Positions 1 to 10,544 of a stretch of 40,037 nt of DNA are shown here, piece by piece. A program made the translations under genes and the position numbers. Under the pieces are notes generated by a model. It was given only the letters and a program-made list of their open reading frames with translations. It was not told where the DNA came from and searched no databases. This stretch comes from Halocafeteria seosinensis (taxonomy: Eukaryota), in NCBI GenBank assembly GCA_001687465.1, contig LVLI01000115.1:1-40037 (forward strand). The letters are read 5' to 3'. Position 1 is the first letter of the stretch. Each line of letters begins with the position of its first letter.

Positions 1-2
1 CG

Positions 3-245
3 AGTAAGGCGAAATTCGAAGGGACGACAGAAACCCAAGAACGATATACTAGTTATCCATTAGAGCCCCCCAAAGCTCCGGAACCGGTGCAATACAGTCC
101 TAGTAAGGCGAAGTTTGAAGGAACAACGGAAACACGGGAACGATATACACCTCATCCGTTGGAATCCCAACGAGGTCCGGAACCAGTTCAATATAGTCCG
201 AATAAGGCGGAATTCGAAAGGACGAGGGATACGCGCGACGAATGT
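3..245 (+). repeat. 99-bp coding tandem repeat (2 full copies plus a partial, degenerate third)
   Basis: Units begin at 3 (agtaaggcgaaattcgaag), 102 (agtaaggcgaagtttgaag) and 201 (aataaggcggaattcgaaa). Confidence 0.9.
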
Positions 246-1184
246 TGTAGTTCTCCGGGTAAAGGCCTTAAGTGTCAGGCGAATGGCGATGCGGTTATTG
301 TCTCTGGGCATGCCAATGGCAACGCTTTGGATTTAAGTGAGAGTGGAGACGGGCATGCGCCCTGTTTTAGTGAGGTTGGCAAAGTGCCTTGTTCTGCGAA
401 GAGAGAAGATGCAACGGGACATGTCGCAGGTGGCCCTCGTGATGTATATCACTCGGGAATGAACTTTGAGTCGGGTCTTCGGAAGTCTGCTGATGGTAAA
501 TCTGTAGCAAGAAAATCAGAGTTCGCTGATTTGGCCGTTTCGAGTGGGCAGAAGAACGTGGTGCAGAATGGGACGCGCTCACGTGAGCTCAACTCCCCCG
601 TAATTACCAGAAGTGAATTCCGAGCCGCCGCTACACCTTCCAAAAACTTGCCTACGAAGGGCAAGAGCAAGAAAAACAGAGAATATGGTGAAACGTCTTC
701 CTCCCGCGTACATGGGGCCTCAACGGCAGCCCCTACAATTGTACAGGAAAGACCCTCTACTCCGACAACGGTTGAGTCTTCTGTAGTCGGAGCGTGGCGT
801 CCCTTCGGTGACCGCCACCTGAAGCAGGATAGCATGTATAGCCACAGCCGAAGTTCAGATGGTGCGGCACTGAATACTCAAGGTGCGCAGCATGGACATC
901 AATCAGTAAGGAGCGAGGCTACCTCGTCAACTCAGCATGGCAGTGCAACCGTCCAGAGCAGAGGCTATTCTAGCCACCCCGCGAGACATGAAGGGGGAAG
1001 CCGAGGACAAAAACAAATCCAATCTTCAGAAGCAATGCAGCCATTGGGCAATGTGCGCTCCTTTACAAAGACCAGCACGGAGTTTCGCACGAGCTCCTAC
1101 AGTTCACATACGCGGAGCACGTACAAGTACTCTACAGGTAATATCGAGGATACAACTTTCAAAGGGACACAATCCCGACCCTAG
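3..1184 (+). CDS. 5'-truncated repeat protein, SAXO/FAM154 (Mn-motif)-like microtubule-stabilising protein, with Ser-rich low-complexity tail
   Basis: Frame is open from the window edge. 33-aa repeats contain KFEGTTETxERY followed by P-rich linkers, resembling the F-x-G-x-T-x-x-x-x-x-Y Mn motif of SAXO proteins. Stop TAG at 1182-1184. Confidence 0.55.
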   Translation, partial: SKAKFEGTTETQERYTSYPLEPPKAPEPVQYSPSKAKFEGTTETRERYTPHPLESQRGPEPVQYSPNKAEFERTRDTRDECCSSPGKGLKCQANGDAVIVSGHANGNALDLSESGDGHAPCFSEVGKVPCSAKREDATGHVAGGPRDVYHSGMNFESGLRKSADGKSVARKSEFADLAVSSGQKNVVQNGTRSRELNSPVITRSEFRAAATPSKNLPTKGKSKKNREYGETSSSRVHGASTAAPTIVQERPSTPTTVESSVVGAWRPFGDRHLKQDSMYSHSRSSDGAALNTQGAQHGHQSVRSEATSSTQHGSATVQSRGYSSHPARHEGGSRGQKQIQSSEAMQPLGNVRSFTKTSTEFRTSSYSSHTRSTYKYSTGNIEDTTFKGTQSRP

Positions 1185-1307
1185 GCGTACTTGCCCCCCT
1201 CCATTGGTTTAGTGGTTGATTTAAAGGATCGTGTCATTATAGTGGTAAAACAGTTACCTATACATCCGGCATCGCGTTCAGTAGCCTTCAATAAACTACA
1301 TGTGGCT

Positions 1308-2969
1308 TCACTCAGAGCATAATGTAGACCATCTTTCAAGAACGACACGAATTGGGGTGCACATTGGGGCTTGGAGTAGCTTGATAGCATTGTTGTCGAT
1401 CGGATTGTTGTTGTCGCTATGGGCGTCTTCCACCGACCATCCCGCAACAGACATTATTCGGTCGCCGGGTTGAATTCTGAGTTCCCGCCGTGGTATACGA
1501 ACACCACTATGTTTATGTTCTCCCACGAATTCAACACCGCTACCAAGCTCTCCGGATGACATTGACTCGTTCCCTCGGGGGAATTCAATCGTCAGGAGCT
1601 CAGGACGGCACGCAGCTGCAATGGTGTTCTGGGCGACACCTCCAACAAAATAACATTTGCTCCCGCCATGTGCCTTAGGCGTTTCGACAATGTGCAGACC
1701 CAGACTCTCTCTAGCATTTCCCTTGTTAACAGTCGCCTCCAGGAGTATCCTATAACAATTTTTCGGAAACGAGTTCGAACTATCTCCCAGAACGTAGTTT
1801 TCTATCGCTTCGATATCAGCTGTGTCAAATGACGAACGCAACTTACTGAAAGTATTGCGGACCCCGTTCTCTTCAAAATAGGCAGCTGCACAAAGAGCTA
1901 ATGGAAGTCCAGCCATCTGCTCCATGGATTTGCATACAACTTTTGCTTGATCAGGAGTAACTTCGGTGTTGGATGGCCAGTTAAGGGACTCTGAGGGCGG
2001 TGCCGATACAGCGGCTTCCTTAGACGAAATCACCGTCTCTTTATCGATTGTGGTTCTAGAATTAGAAGGTGGGAACACTTCACTACGAGACGCATTACCG
2101 TTCTCTTCTGTGGCTTCTGTCTTCGTCGTGACGCTCTCGGAACGAGATCCACTCGTAGATTTCATTTTTTTTAAAGCCGAACGAGGTCTCACGAAGGATA
2201 GCAACCTCGGGGGCATATCCTTGTAAAAGTTTTCATTTTCATAGTATATGGAAAAGTCATTTGCCTCAAAGGCCCTAGACTGAGGAAGTCTCTTTTGCGG
2301 GGATCCCAGATATTGGAATCCGTAGCCCTTAAGCTGTCTCGTAAAAGCCTCCGTGGAGTTGGCGGCACGGAACATGCGGGGGAGAACTTGGGATGCTAAA
2401 TCTGCCGGTCGAAGAATTTCGAAGCCCGTTCCGCCATCCTCTCTCCATCGGATGATGTGTTCGGTGTCAGGATCGTCTAGCGCCGTCTTTAACTTTGAGA
2501 CAAAGGGAGCGACTTCTTCACCAGTCTCCAAGGTTCGTTTCGCCGAGAAAGGTTTCGAAGGCACACTTCCTGCAGCGCCTCCTTCTGTTTGTTCGTTAGT
2601 ACTTTCTCTGTTGGCGGGAGATTTTTGTTCCCCCGGGGCATGTGCAGGAGCTGGCTGTGCTTCAAGGTTCTGTGCAGTTGCAACAGTGGTCACTGCTGCA
2701 TGCTGGTGGGGACCCGTGGCATCCGTTTGTGGGGAAGTAGTGACAGTAGATACGGATTCGCTCGATTGGTGAGTACTGCCATTGGTACCCGTCCCGGACA
2801 TGGAATGCACCAAATGCTCCCATGAGTTTGTGGACGATTCCTGAGCAACCGTAGCCGTAGCAGCTGCTAGAGGCGTATAGTTGCCGGAAATCGCACCATG
2901 CATCGCAAGGCCACTGGACGCGTTCGCAGTTTGCGCCTCGTGTGATGAGCTAGACATTTCACCTTCCAT
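1308..2969 (-). CDS. Heat-shock-factor (HSF) type DNA-binding protein with C-terminal PDZ-like domain
   Basis: HSF DBD motif PFVSKL...IIRW...FEI...VLPRMF...FTRQLKGYGF...F at ~2510-2180. PDZ-like SLGLHI...FVGGVAQNTIAAA...IQPGDRIMSVAGWSV...AIKLL...IRVVLER at ~1715-1330. First ATG at 2969; single long ORF. Confidence 0.8.
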   Translation of the reverse strand: MEGEMSSSSHEAQTANASSGLAMHGAISGNYTPLAAATATVAQESSTNSWEHLVHSMSGTGTNGSTHQSSESVSTVTTSPQTDATGPHQHAAVTTVATAQNLEAQPAPAHAPGEQKSPANRESTNEQTEGGAAGSVPSKPFSAKRTLETGEEVAPFVSKLKTALDDPDTEHIIRWREDGGTGFEILRPADLASQVLPRMFRAANSTEAFTRQLKGYGFQYLGSPQKRLPQSRAFEANDFSIYYENENFYKDMPPRLLSFVRPRSALKKMKSTSGSRSESVTTKTEATEENGNASRSEVFPPSNSRTTIDKETVISSKEAAVSAPPSESLNWPSNTEVTPDQAKVVCKSMEQMAGLPLALCAAAYFEENGVRNTFSKLRSSFDTADIEAIENYVLGDSSNSFPKNCYRILLEATVNKGNARESLGLHIVETPKAHGGSKCYFVGGVAQNTIAAACRPELLTIEFPRGNESMSSGELGSGVEFVGEHKHSGVRIPRRELRIQPGDRIMSVAGWSVEDAHSDNNNPIDNNAIKLLQAPMCTPIRVVLERWSTLCSE

Positions 2970-3944
2970 CGTCTTGGAGGTGTTTTTAACCCCTGAAAGC
3001 AATGATTCAGCTACCAGAGGGCCGTGGTGTGGTCACTCAAAAATGATATTGACGATTTCGACGTAATCAGTGTATGCACTTCAAATACGGAGTTAAGCAG
3101 CGTAAAATAGACACCCTTTAGCATGTTTCAAACTTTCAATACGTGTAAATCAACAGTGTATGAACGCTTACAAGACAAAGAATGCGAAGTTCTCACACTT
3201 GTTGCGACCACACGTGGCCGGCACGAACATCATGCTGTTAGAGAGGTATTCAGCTCCTCCCGAACCCGTCCACTCGACGGAACATAAGTTTCTCCTCTCA
3301 ACTAAACTGCAAGCGAGAGTGTGCTCCCCCCTCTTGTCGAGTTGCAGCGAACAACGCCATCGGTGGCCAAGGGACACAATTCCACTCGGCAAAGGGGGAT
3401 CCAAAGGGGCAGGGAAACGACAAAAGAGGCGAAGTCCACTCACTACCTGGAAAGGAACCATTGGTACAACTCCATTGCGACGACGAGTGCAAGAAACGGA
3501 ACCATGAATGTGGCAACGAAAGCTTAATGAGGGGACAGGCAGATATGGAAGTTCCATGAGAATTGACTTCCTCGCCATCATTCATTAACGATTATCGACG
3601 ATGCCCAACAGCCTCGCGGCGACGCGGCCTGTAAGCCATTGACTTCGTTGGAGCCTGTGGTACCGAATCATCATCGTCATTCCCCAATTGGCGGTTAACA
3701 TTTACATTTATTTTCTTGTACCAGAGGACGACAGCAGAGAGAACTTTATAGAATGTAACCAAAACGTGAAACCTACTCACACTGTACCCAGAATTCCGAT
3801 AAGCATCTTAAGAAGGAAGAACACGATGTGTAAGGTTTGTGTGGGACGATAAAATGTATCATACTCTGGATGCCATGGGTTTGGCGACGATTTCCGATAC
3901 GACTGAGACAAGTTGTTTTTCAGTCTGTTGTTCTGGCCTATCTG

Positions 3945-6554
3945 TTAAGTAGACACAGCTGGATCCTCGACGAACACATGTGCAATCGTGATGCTTTGCC
4001 CTGCAGCTGGATCCCCGGCACGAACAAATAACTCGTTTACATGTGATGCACTCTTTGAAGCCTTTGTGGCAAACCAGTGAGGCTTCTCAGCCTCCGCAGC
4101 AGCGTGATTTTCCGCAGCAACTGTCTTATCCTTTGCGGGAACTGCCGAAGAAAATGGCAGCGGTGCTCCGTAGGAGAAAGGGGTTCCAGCGACACTGAAT
4201 AGCCTTCTATCCGTTCGCGGCAATTGCCTTCCTACATATATGCTTCCCCCGAGAGTCGTTGGCTCCCTAGTTTCAGCGCCTTTAACAGTGACACTTGTAT
4301 AGCCAGAGACTTGTATCCCGCGGATGAGTAGTGCAATGTCGGTGTTCTTGTCTGAACCTTGAAGTCTCTTAGTCCATGCAGTTACGTCGAATTCTAGGTC
4401 GCCATAAACACCCCCATCCCCGCTCCTCAAGTTCTTGAGACGGTAGGAAACCTCCAAACCACCTCCACGGTACTCTCGAATATCCGTTTTTACTGTTTCC
4501 TCTACTTTTGGATAATTAATACATAGTGTCAGTGCTGAGTGACTAGCGGAGTCACCATGACTAATAAGAGGAGTGGACACATGCAAGGGTAGGATATCTC
4601 CCATCTTCTGGAATACAGGGAAGTAACTCAATGAAGGCACTTGTATCGTATGATTCACTCCACCACTGAGCGAGACGTTGGGGTGGAAAAAATCGACCCA
4701 CTTGTCAGAAGGAGTTCCTGGGAAAACTGCAGACACAGAGGATTGATTCTCATACACAACAGGAATAACGAATAGTGAATCCCCTAGTTTGTAACTGTAG
4801 TCAGAAATATTGTTCCACTGCAGGATAAACGGGTACCATCCTTGAGGCGGAGTCTGCGATTGGCATAGTAAGTGAATGAGGAAAACTGGCAACATATATG
4901 GCACAACCAAGATAACTCACAGAAGCTCGGAAGCTGCTTATCCCTTGTTCATAGCTTTTGGTACCTGTGCTCAGCAAATACGGTATCAATTCGTAGTGCG
5001 CTGCGACAAACCGCCGATAGAGATCGGTGTAATATGATCCAGTGCCGTAGTATTGATCAAATATCCAAGGACGATGCTCCTGTAACATTAGACGCCAGTG
5101 AGGATAATAATGCGACGCCTTTTGGCTGAACAAAATGTCTGCAAGTACTTGCTTTATCTCCGCCGTTTTCCATAAATGGAACAAAAGCTCCTAATTGAAA
5201 CCATCGAGTAAACAGTTGAGCTGATCTTCCAAGAACACCAGGCCCATTGCGATACCCTCCGATATCAGATCCAAAGTTAGTATAGTTTCTCCAAGAAGAA
5301 TGAATCATGTTGCGTAGCGCGTCACGTAATCCTGCGAAGTCTGGGTCTTGGTCTCCGACCCAGCCGGACCACATGACTGCAATAATAACCGAAGTGGAAA
5401 TCATCGAGTAAGTACTCATCAAAGGACTGCACACGCTGCTCACCATAGTATGGGGAAAAGTGCAGGTAAACACTTAGTTCTCGCCCGAGTATCTTATAGG
5501 AATCTACGGGTCTACTCATGATCAGTGCGTCATTGTCCCGTTTCTGGTTGGTGTAGTTGTAGAAGTCCCCATAATAGGCATCGGCATACTCGCGATACGT
5601 TACGGGACCCTTGACACGAGAGTGAGGAATCAGGTATTCAATGATGTAGGGATCCTGCGGACGACAATAGCAATCGTGAAATGAATCCAAATCCATTAAT
5701 TCTGCGTAAAACCGTATTAGCTCACAGTTCCATCGGTCTTCCATCCGTCAATCCCGATGTCCAGCACCTGCATATCCATATATCCACAGTCTAGGGGTAT
5801 ACGCATTGACGTCACTCCCAGATTTTCTCTTACGTTATCCATTTGTTTGTGGAACCATTCCACAGCGTCTGGGTTGAAATAATCAAGAAGAAGGCCAGTC
5901 CCATGCCACCAATGCAGAGTAGAGGTGCCATTAACCCCGTTAAGGATGTAGTACTTCTTGTCGAGCAGTTCCTGGTAGTTGGAGGAGTCCTCATCGACCA
6001 TTGACGTTGCCCACAGGAGGACCCGCACATCATCATTGTGCGCTTCTTGCACTAGAGAGGCCATATCAGGGAACTTGCTTTTATCAACGATGAAGTTATT
6101 GTAGCCAGTACTCCATCCTGAATCAATTTCTACCGCTCCCACACTCTGTCTCGTGGAATTCAATCAGAATCAGCAGCATGGAGTTACGCACAGACAGAGT
6201 GAGTGAGTGAGTGGGGAACGACTTACAATGTTGTGAGCTTTGTAATCCTTGAAGTAATTGGACACATTCTGCTGATTCGACTGTCCATTAGAGAGCCAAA
6301 CCAAGTGGTGGTGAGCCCATTCAGGGTAAGGAGCCTCTGTGAACCACATGCATACACCATACGCTCTATCCAAGGAGCTTTCACAGTAGCTGATATAATG
6401 ACGCACCTTTCAAGTTGGCTGGTGGTATTAAATAGTCCGTATCAGTGGAATGCGAGGCTCGTAAAGACTGTGCTGAGACGGCTCCGCCTGCGGGAATCTG
6501 GTGCACTCCCGTTATCCATGCAGCCATACACAGCACTATCGACACTTTCAGCAT
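3945..6554 (-). CDS. Secreted glycoside hydrolase family 31 (alpha-glycosidase), multi-exon
   Basis: N-terminal hydrophobic signal (MLKVSIVLCMAAW). GH31 motifs across successive exons: IDSGW...DKSKFPD, LDYFNPDAVEWF, nucleophile DGWKTDG, acid/base WVGD, GSDIGGY, LFTRWFQLGAFVPFM, HYELIPYL, LGDSLFVIPV. GT-AG introns lie between the ORF pieces. Confidence 0.92.
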
Positions 6555-7305
6555 GGTTACTCCTCCGTCTCCCAACAGGACGACAAATGTAATAGAGCCG
6601 AAAATTACTAACAAACTGTTAAAAAAATTTGCTTATGTAGACCTCATCATGTAGTTCATTCAGTTGAAGCAGAGAAGTTGTCCGCACTTGGCCTTTGTCC
6701 CCAAGGCTTGGGAGCTTTAATGCCACCGCACAATATATGTGGTGCAGATGTAGGTTACTCTACACAGGAAGGAGCTTATAGGAGCTGACATGCAATCATC
6801 AGCCAGCCCGCATATACATTACATAGCAAACTACTCGGTTTCGTCCGCTATGCAAAAGTGTTTACTGTCGGTGGATCTGAATAGAGCATTGCGGATCTCG
6901 GGAACGCCGAGGAAGACCATCGTGAGAGTCGGAGCACGAGTATCATGCCAAAAAATAAAATATGAACAGCTAGAACGCCCTCCCTGGTACAGCGACTCCC
7001 CAACGAGGAATATCGAGAACGTTTCAGAATTCATACGAAAAAACTCAACCTACAGAAACAATTCTCCTAAGTAGAATTTGAAAAACAGTAAATCAAAGAC
7101 TATTTCGTGAGACATCTCAACATGTTCCGTTGGTACAAACAGCCTTGTCGGAACAGAGACGCTGAATCGCAGGACTTCAGCAGGGCGGACCAGCAGACAT
7201 ACTAAGCAGAGCTAACTCAGGGGCAACTAAATAGGCATGATCAAACCACAACACCTTGTCGAAGCAACTCACTTTCCAGATCGGTGAAATATGAATCATG
7301 TGCGT

Positions 7306-8438
7306 TTATTCTTTTTCTTCTTCAGCCAATGGCATGTACCACTCCCTTGTCAATCCAGCAGCTTCTCTCTTTTCTTCATTGAACGGAGGCTTCAGAGCCC
7401 CACGGAAGCGAGACCTAACTGTTTCTTGGAAGAGAGCAATCGGATCCTTGCTTGTCCTATCAGCCATATAACTAAGCCACCTCTTTCCTGCTGCCACATG
7501 GGTTATCTCTTCTTTATGGTTCTGCTCTAGAATTTCACAACTCGTTGTGTCATCGCTTCTTTGTAATTTCTGTAACATTCCCGGATATACGTCTAGGCCC
7601 CTCGCCTCGTGGACCTGAATAAAAGTGAACAAAATACAATTGGTCAAACTATAAGCGGAGCCAACATACAAGAAGAACTACCCACCATGTGGACCACGCT
7701 TAATCTGGCCGTGAGACTATCAGCAGTATCGGTTGCACTTTCCCATAAGCCACCATGACCTGGGAGTTCACCATATTTTGAACCAAGCTCTCTTAATCGT
7801 TTGGCCCACTTCCTGAAATGCTTTGCCTGCGCAGTTTATTCCGGTTTAATTACCACCATCGGCAGGGAAGCATATGTAATACTAACCTCCTCCATCGCCA
7901 CCTTTACCCAGTCGTCAAAGAACTCCTTGGGCATGATGTCTTCCTCAGAAATATCATCCACATCTTTCAACCCATCGTTATCGCTATCTTTTCGTACATT
8001 GGAAAATGCAAACCGCAAGATGAGATCCCAGGAGAGGTCAATCGCGTAGCTTTCAGCATGTGTCTGCAGAACGAACCATCTGGTCGAGTTCCCCACCACA
8101 AGTGCCAATACATAGATCCAGAGGGCACGTACCACAGCGTGAATCAGCGCCTTCTTGCTTCCTGACTTCACTCGTCGAGGGTCCACATGCTCCACGTAAT
8201 CGGGGCGACTCGGTTCATTAGGAGGTGGATATATTGCACGTAGCGTCTGTCGGTCCAGTTCTCCCTCCTCCGAAGTCCCTCCGGTTGAGCGGGGGGCGGT
8301 AGCGATTCTCCCTTCTGTCCATTCGTCTGACGCCTGATAGGACAGTGAAGCCTTCTCGTGTGGGTCGGGAGTAGTCATTATGCGATGGGCCCACTCCAGC
8401 AGCGACAGGGTCGCAGGAGAGGGCGCTCCCTCTGCCAT
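7306..8438 (-). CDS. DUF455 ferritin-like domain protein, multi-exon
   Basis: Motifs P.EP.RP, HAESYAIDLSWD, FFDDWVKVAMEE|AKHF, LRELGSKYGELPGHGGLWESA, VHMV|HEARGLD and EEITHVAAGKRW. Both ExxH diiron-type motifs are intact. Three short introns. Confidence 0.9.
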
Positions 8439-9104
8439 TATTACGTAATGCTATAGGTTCCTAAGGTTCCCGCTAGATGCCCACTTGTCTACTGTACTCA
8501 ATTGGTCCGCTATCGTCGGTAATAAAGAGCTGTATAGTGTATAAATGGACGTGTATGCCACCTTCACAGCTGAAGTTCACAAGCTCAACCTGCTATAAGT
8601 GGGAACCGTGGGGGGACTGGTAGTGCGATTTTCATTTTCCAATACAGCTATGTGCAATGATGCAAATGAATTATGACCAGGGATTCGCAAACGCTCATTG
8701 TCGCAATGGACGTTAGACTACAAAAATCTTTTATATCAAAATATACATTTCACATCGGGGCACCAGTCAACACATTCGTCGTCGATGCTTATTCCCGTCA
8801 AGCTTCATATATCCTGCGGTATCATAGCTATCGGGTGGGAAATCACCTTCACCTTGTATCGATTTTCCTTCGGAGTCGATCACGGGCTTCTGTTTCGTTC
8901 TGCCTAAGCATCTTGAGTAGAACAAAGCGTCTCCATCGGGACACCCAATTCCCATTGTACATCCCTGAGATCGTCCGGCGTATCCACGGCAACGATTGCA
9001 CTTAATCACTTTGACACAAGCGGAAACGTATGCAACAACAGCAAGAATTGCACCTAGCTATCTAGAAAAGTAATTCTGAAAGACGCGGGACTTGGCTAGT
9101 GAAT

Positions 9105-10544
9105 CTAGCCTACTGCAGTAGCTGGAACACTAAAGGCAAGAGTACCGAGGATTCCACCCGTCTGAATCGCTATGCCTCCATACCGGAACAGATCCATCAC
9201 GCTGCTATGCTCCTGTTTTTCTTTTTCCTTCTGGAACTCTCTCATCTTCGAATAAACTAGCACTAACTTTGTCAGTATCCAAACTATCGTTGCTACAACT
9301 GCAACAGGAAGTGTGATAACCTTGAAAAGAATCGCCACGAGCGCAAGGAATACACAAAAGATTCCACAAACACACAGGTTAAGCTTGCGGTAGTATGATC
9401 CATCACCGTGACTAAATAGCACCAACACGCAAGCAAGACTTAGGGAAAGCCGTACGCCCCATGCGCTGAAAGTATCTCCGTGAGGAATGGAACGAAAAGC
9501 TAGCGGAGGTATAGATGTTAGAAACGCGTTCTCCAGGGAGGCAATGATACACTGAGTCAATATGAACGGTTTTCTAAGTAACTCTTTCCATGTCAATGTG
9601 GCCGAAACGCTCTCTGCATATTCAACTTCTCCCATTGCTCGATCATTTTCTTTAGTCTGACGTGTTTGTTCCTCCACGGCCCGCAAAACGAACACCGCTC
9701 CTATACCGGAGCAGAGGATCACACCACCAATCACGAGGAAATAAACTTCCGGTGAAAACAAGGCCTTGTGCCCAAATGACACAGCCTGTATTGAAGCTAA
9801 GACATTCGCAAGCAGCGAAGTCGCCGTTTCCCCAATTATCAAAGCATTGATGTACTTCCTGTCGAGCTGGCTTACTAGTGGCCAGTATACAACAGAGGAC
9901 AAACAGTCTGCCATACCACCTAGGAAAACCGCAATAATCAACGCAAGAGAAAATTCCCAGCTACCTCCATCAGGCTTTGGGACATTGATTGTACGATGCC
10001 ATGCTGCTGCCAGAAGAACGCATGATGCCAAACCTAGTCCTAGTATTAATACAACGGCAATTCTATCGCGCTGGAATTTCCTGTGTACTTCCCCTCGCCT
10101 TTCACTGGGTGAATCCTTAGAGTTTAGCAGTTCTTGAGACTTTTTGTTCTCGCCGTGGAAGCATTGCAGATAGATGAATGGCGCTATGTTACCCAGTTGA
10201 ACAGTTCCGCTAGCCCATGCAAATATGTGGTATCCCTCGGGCACTTTCTTCACCAACGCCGGGAGTTCAGCGAAGACACCGTTCACTATAATCCACGAGG
10301 ACAGACCAAATAGGATAACAGCGAGAAACAAAGGGTCCCATGCACATTGGCAACTCTTCAGTGAACTATTAGATGCATCTGTAGAGGCTAGGGCGCTACC
10401 ATTGTCATCTGGTGCCATATGTTCACCATCTTGAGGAAGTAATTGTCGACGCTGCTGTGCGTCATAACTACCGTTGTCATCGCGAATGTCGTCGGACACA
10501 CTCTCATCTTCGGACCAAGATGGCATACCATCCTCCATTAGCAC
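9105..10544 (-). CDS. SLC52/RFVT-family (riboflavin transporter-like) multi-pass membrane protein
   Basis: FGLSSWIIVNGVFAELPALVKKVPEGY...QLGNIAP and DCLSSVVYWP...YINALIIGE resemble SLC52A signatures. Roughly 11 hydrophobic segments; intronless. Confidence 0.8.
   Translation of the reverse strand: MLMEDGMPSWSEDESVSDDIRDDNGSYDAQQRRQLLPQDGEHMAPDDNGSALASTDASNSSLKSCQCAWDPLFLAVILFGLSSWIIVNGVFAELPALVKKVPEGYHIFAWASGTVQLGNIAPFIYLQCFHGENKKSQELLNSKDSPSERRGEVHRKFQRDRIAVVLILGLGLASCVLLAAAWHRTINVPKPDGGSWEFSLALIIAVFLGGMADCLSSVVYWPLVSQLDRKYINALIIGETATSLLANVLASIQAVSFGHKALFSPEVYFLVIGGVILCSGIGAVFVLRAVEEQTRQTKENDRAMGEVEYAESVSATLTWKELLRKPFILTQCIIASLENAFLTSIPPLAFRSIPHGDTFSAWGVRLSLSLACVLVLFSHGDGSYYRKLNLCVCGIFCVFLALVAILFKVITLPVAVVATIVWILTKLVLVYSKMREFQKEKEKQEHSSVMDLFRYGGIAIQTGGILGTLAFSVPATAVG

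Noticed and set aside
3..245. CRISPR-like periodicity
   Set aside because: The whole 99-bp unit is repeated in frame with no unique spacers, and the context is eukaryotic.
3168..3876. Small minus-strand ORFs and splice-like signals between the HSF and GH31 genes
   Set aside because: No consistent exon chain or recognisable motif. 3780-3298 is one frame broken by a stop codon; I cannot tell it from noise or a remnant.
6790..7074. 94-aa ORF between the GH31 and DUF455 genes
   Set aside because: No recognisable features; length compatible with chance.
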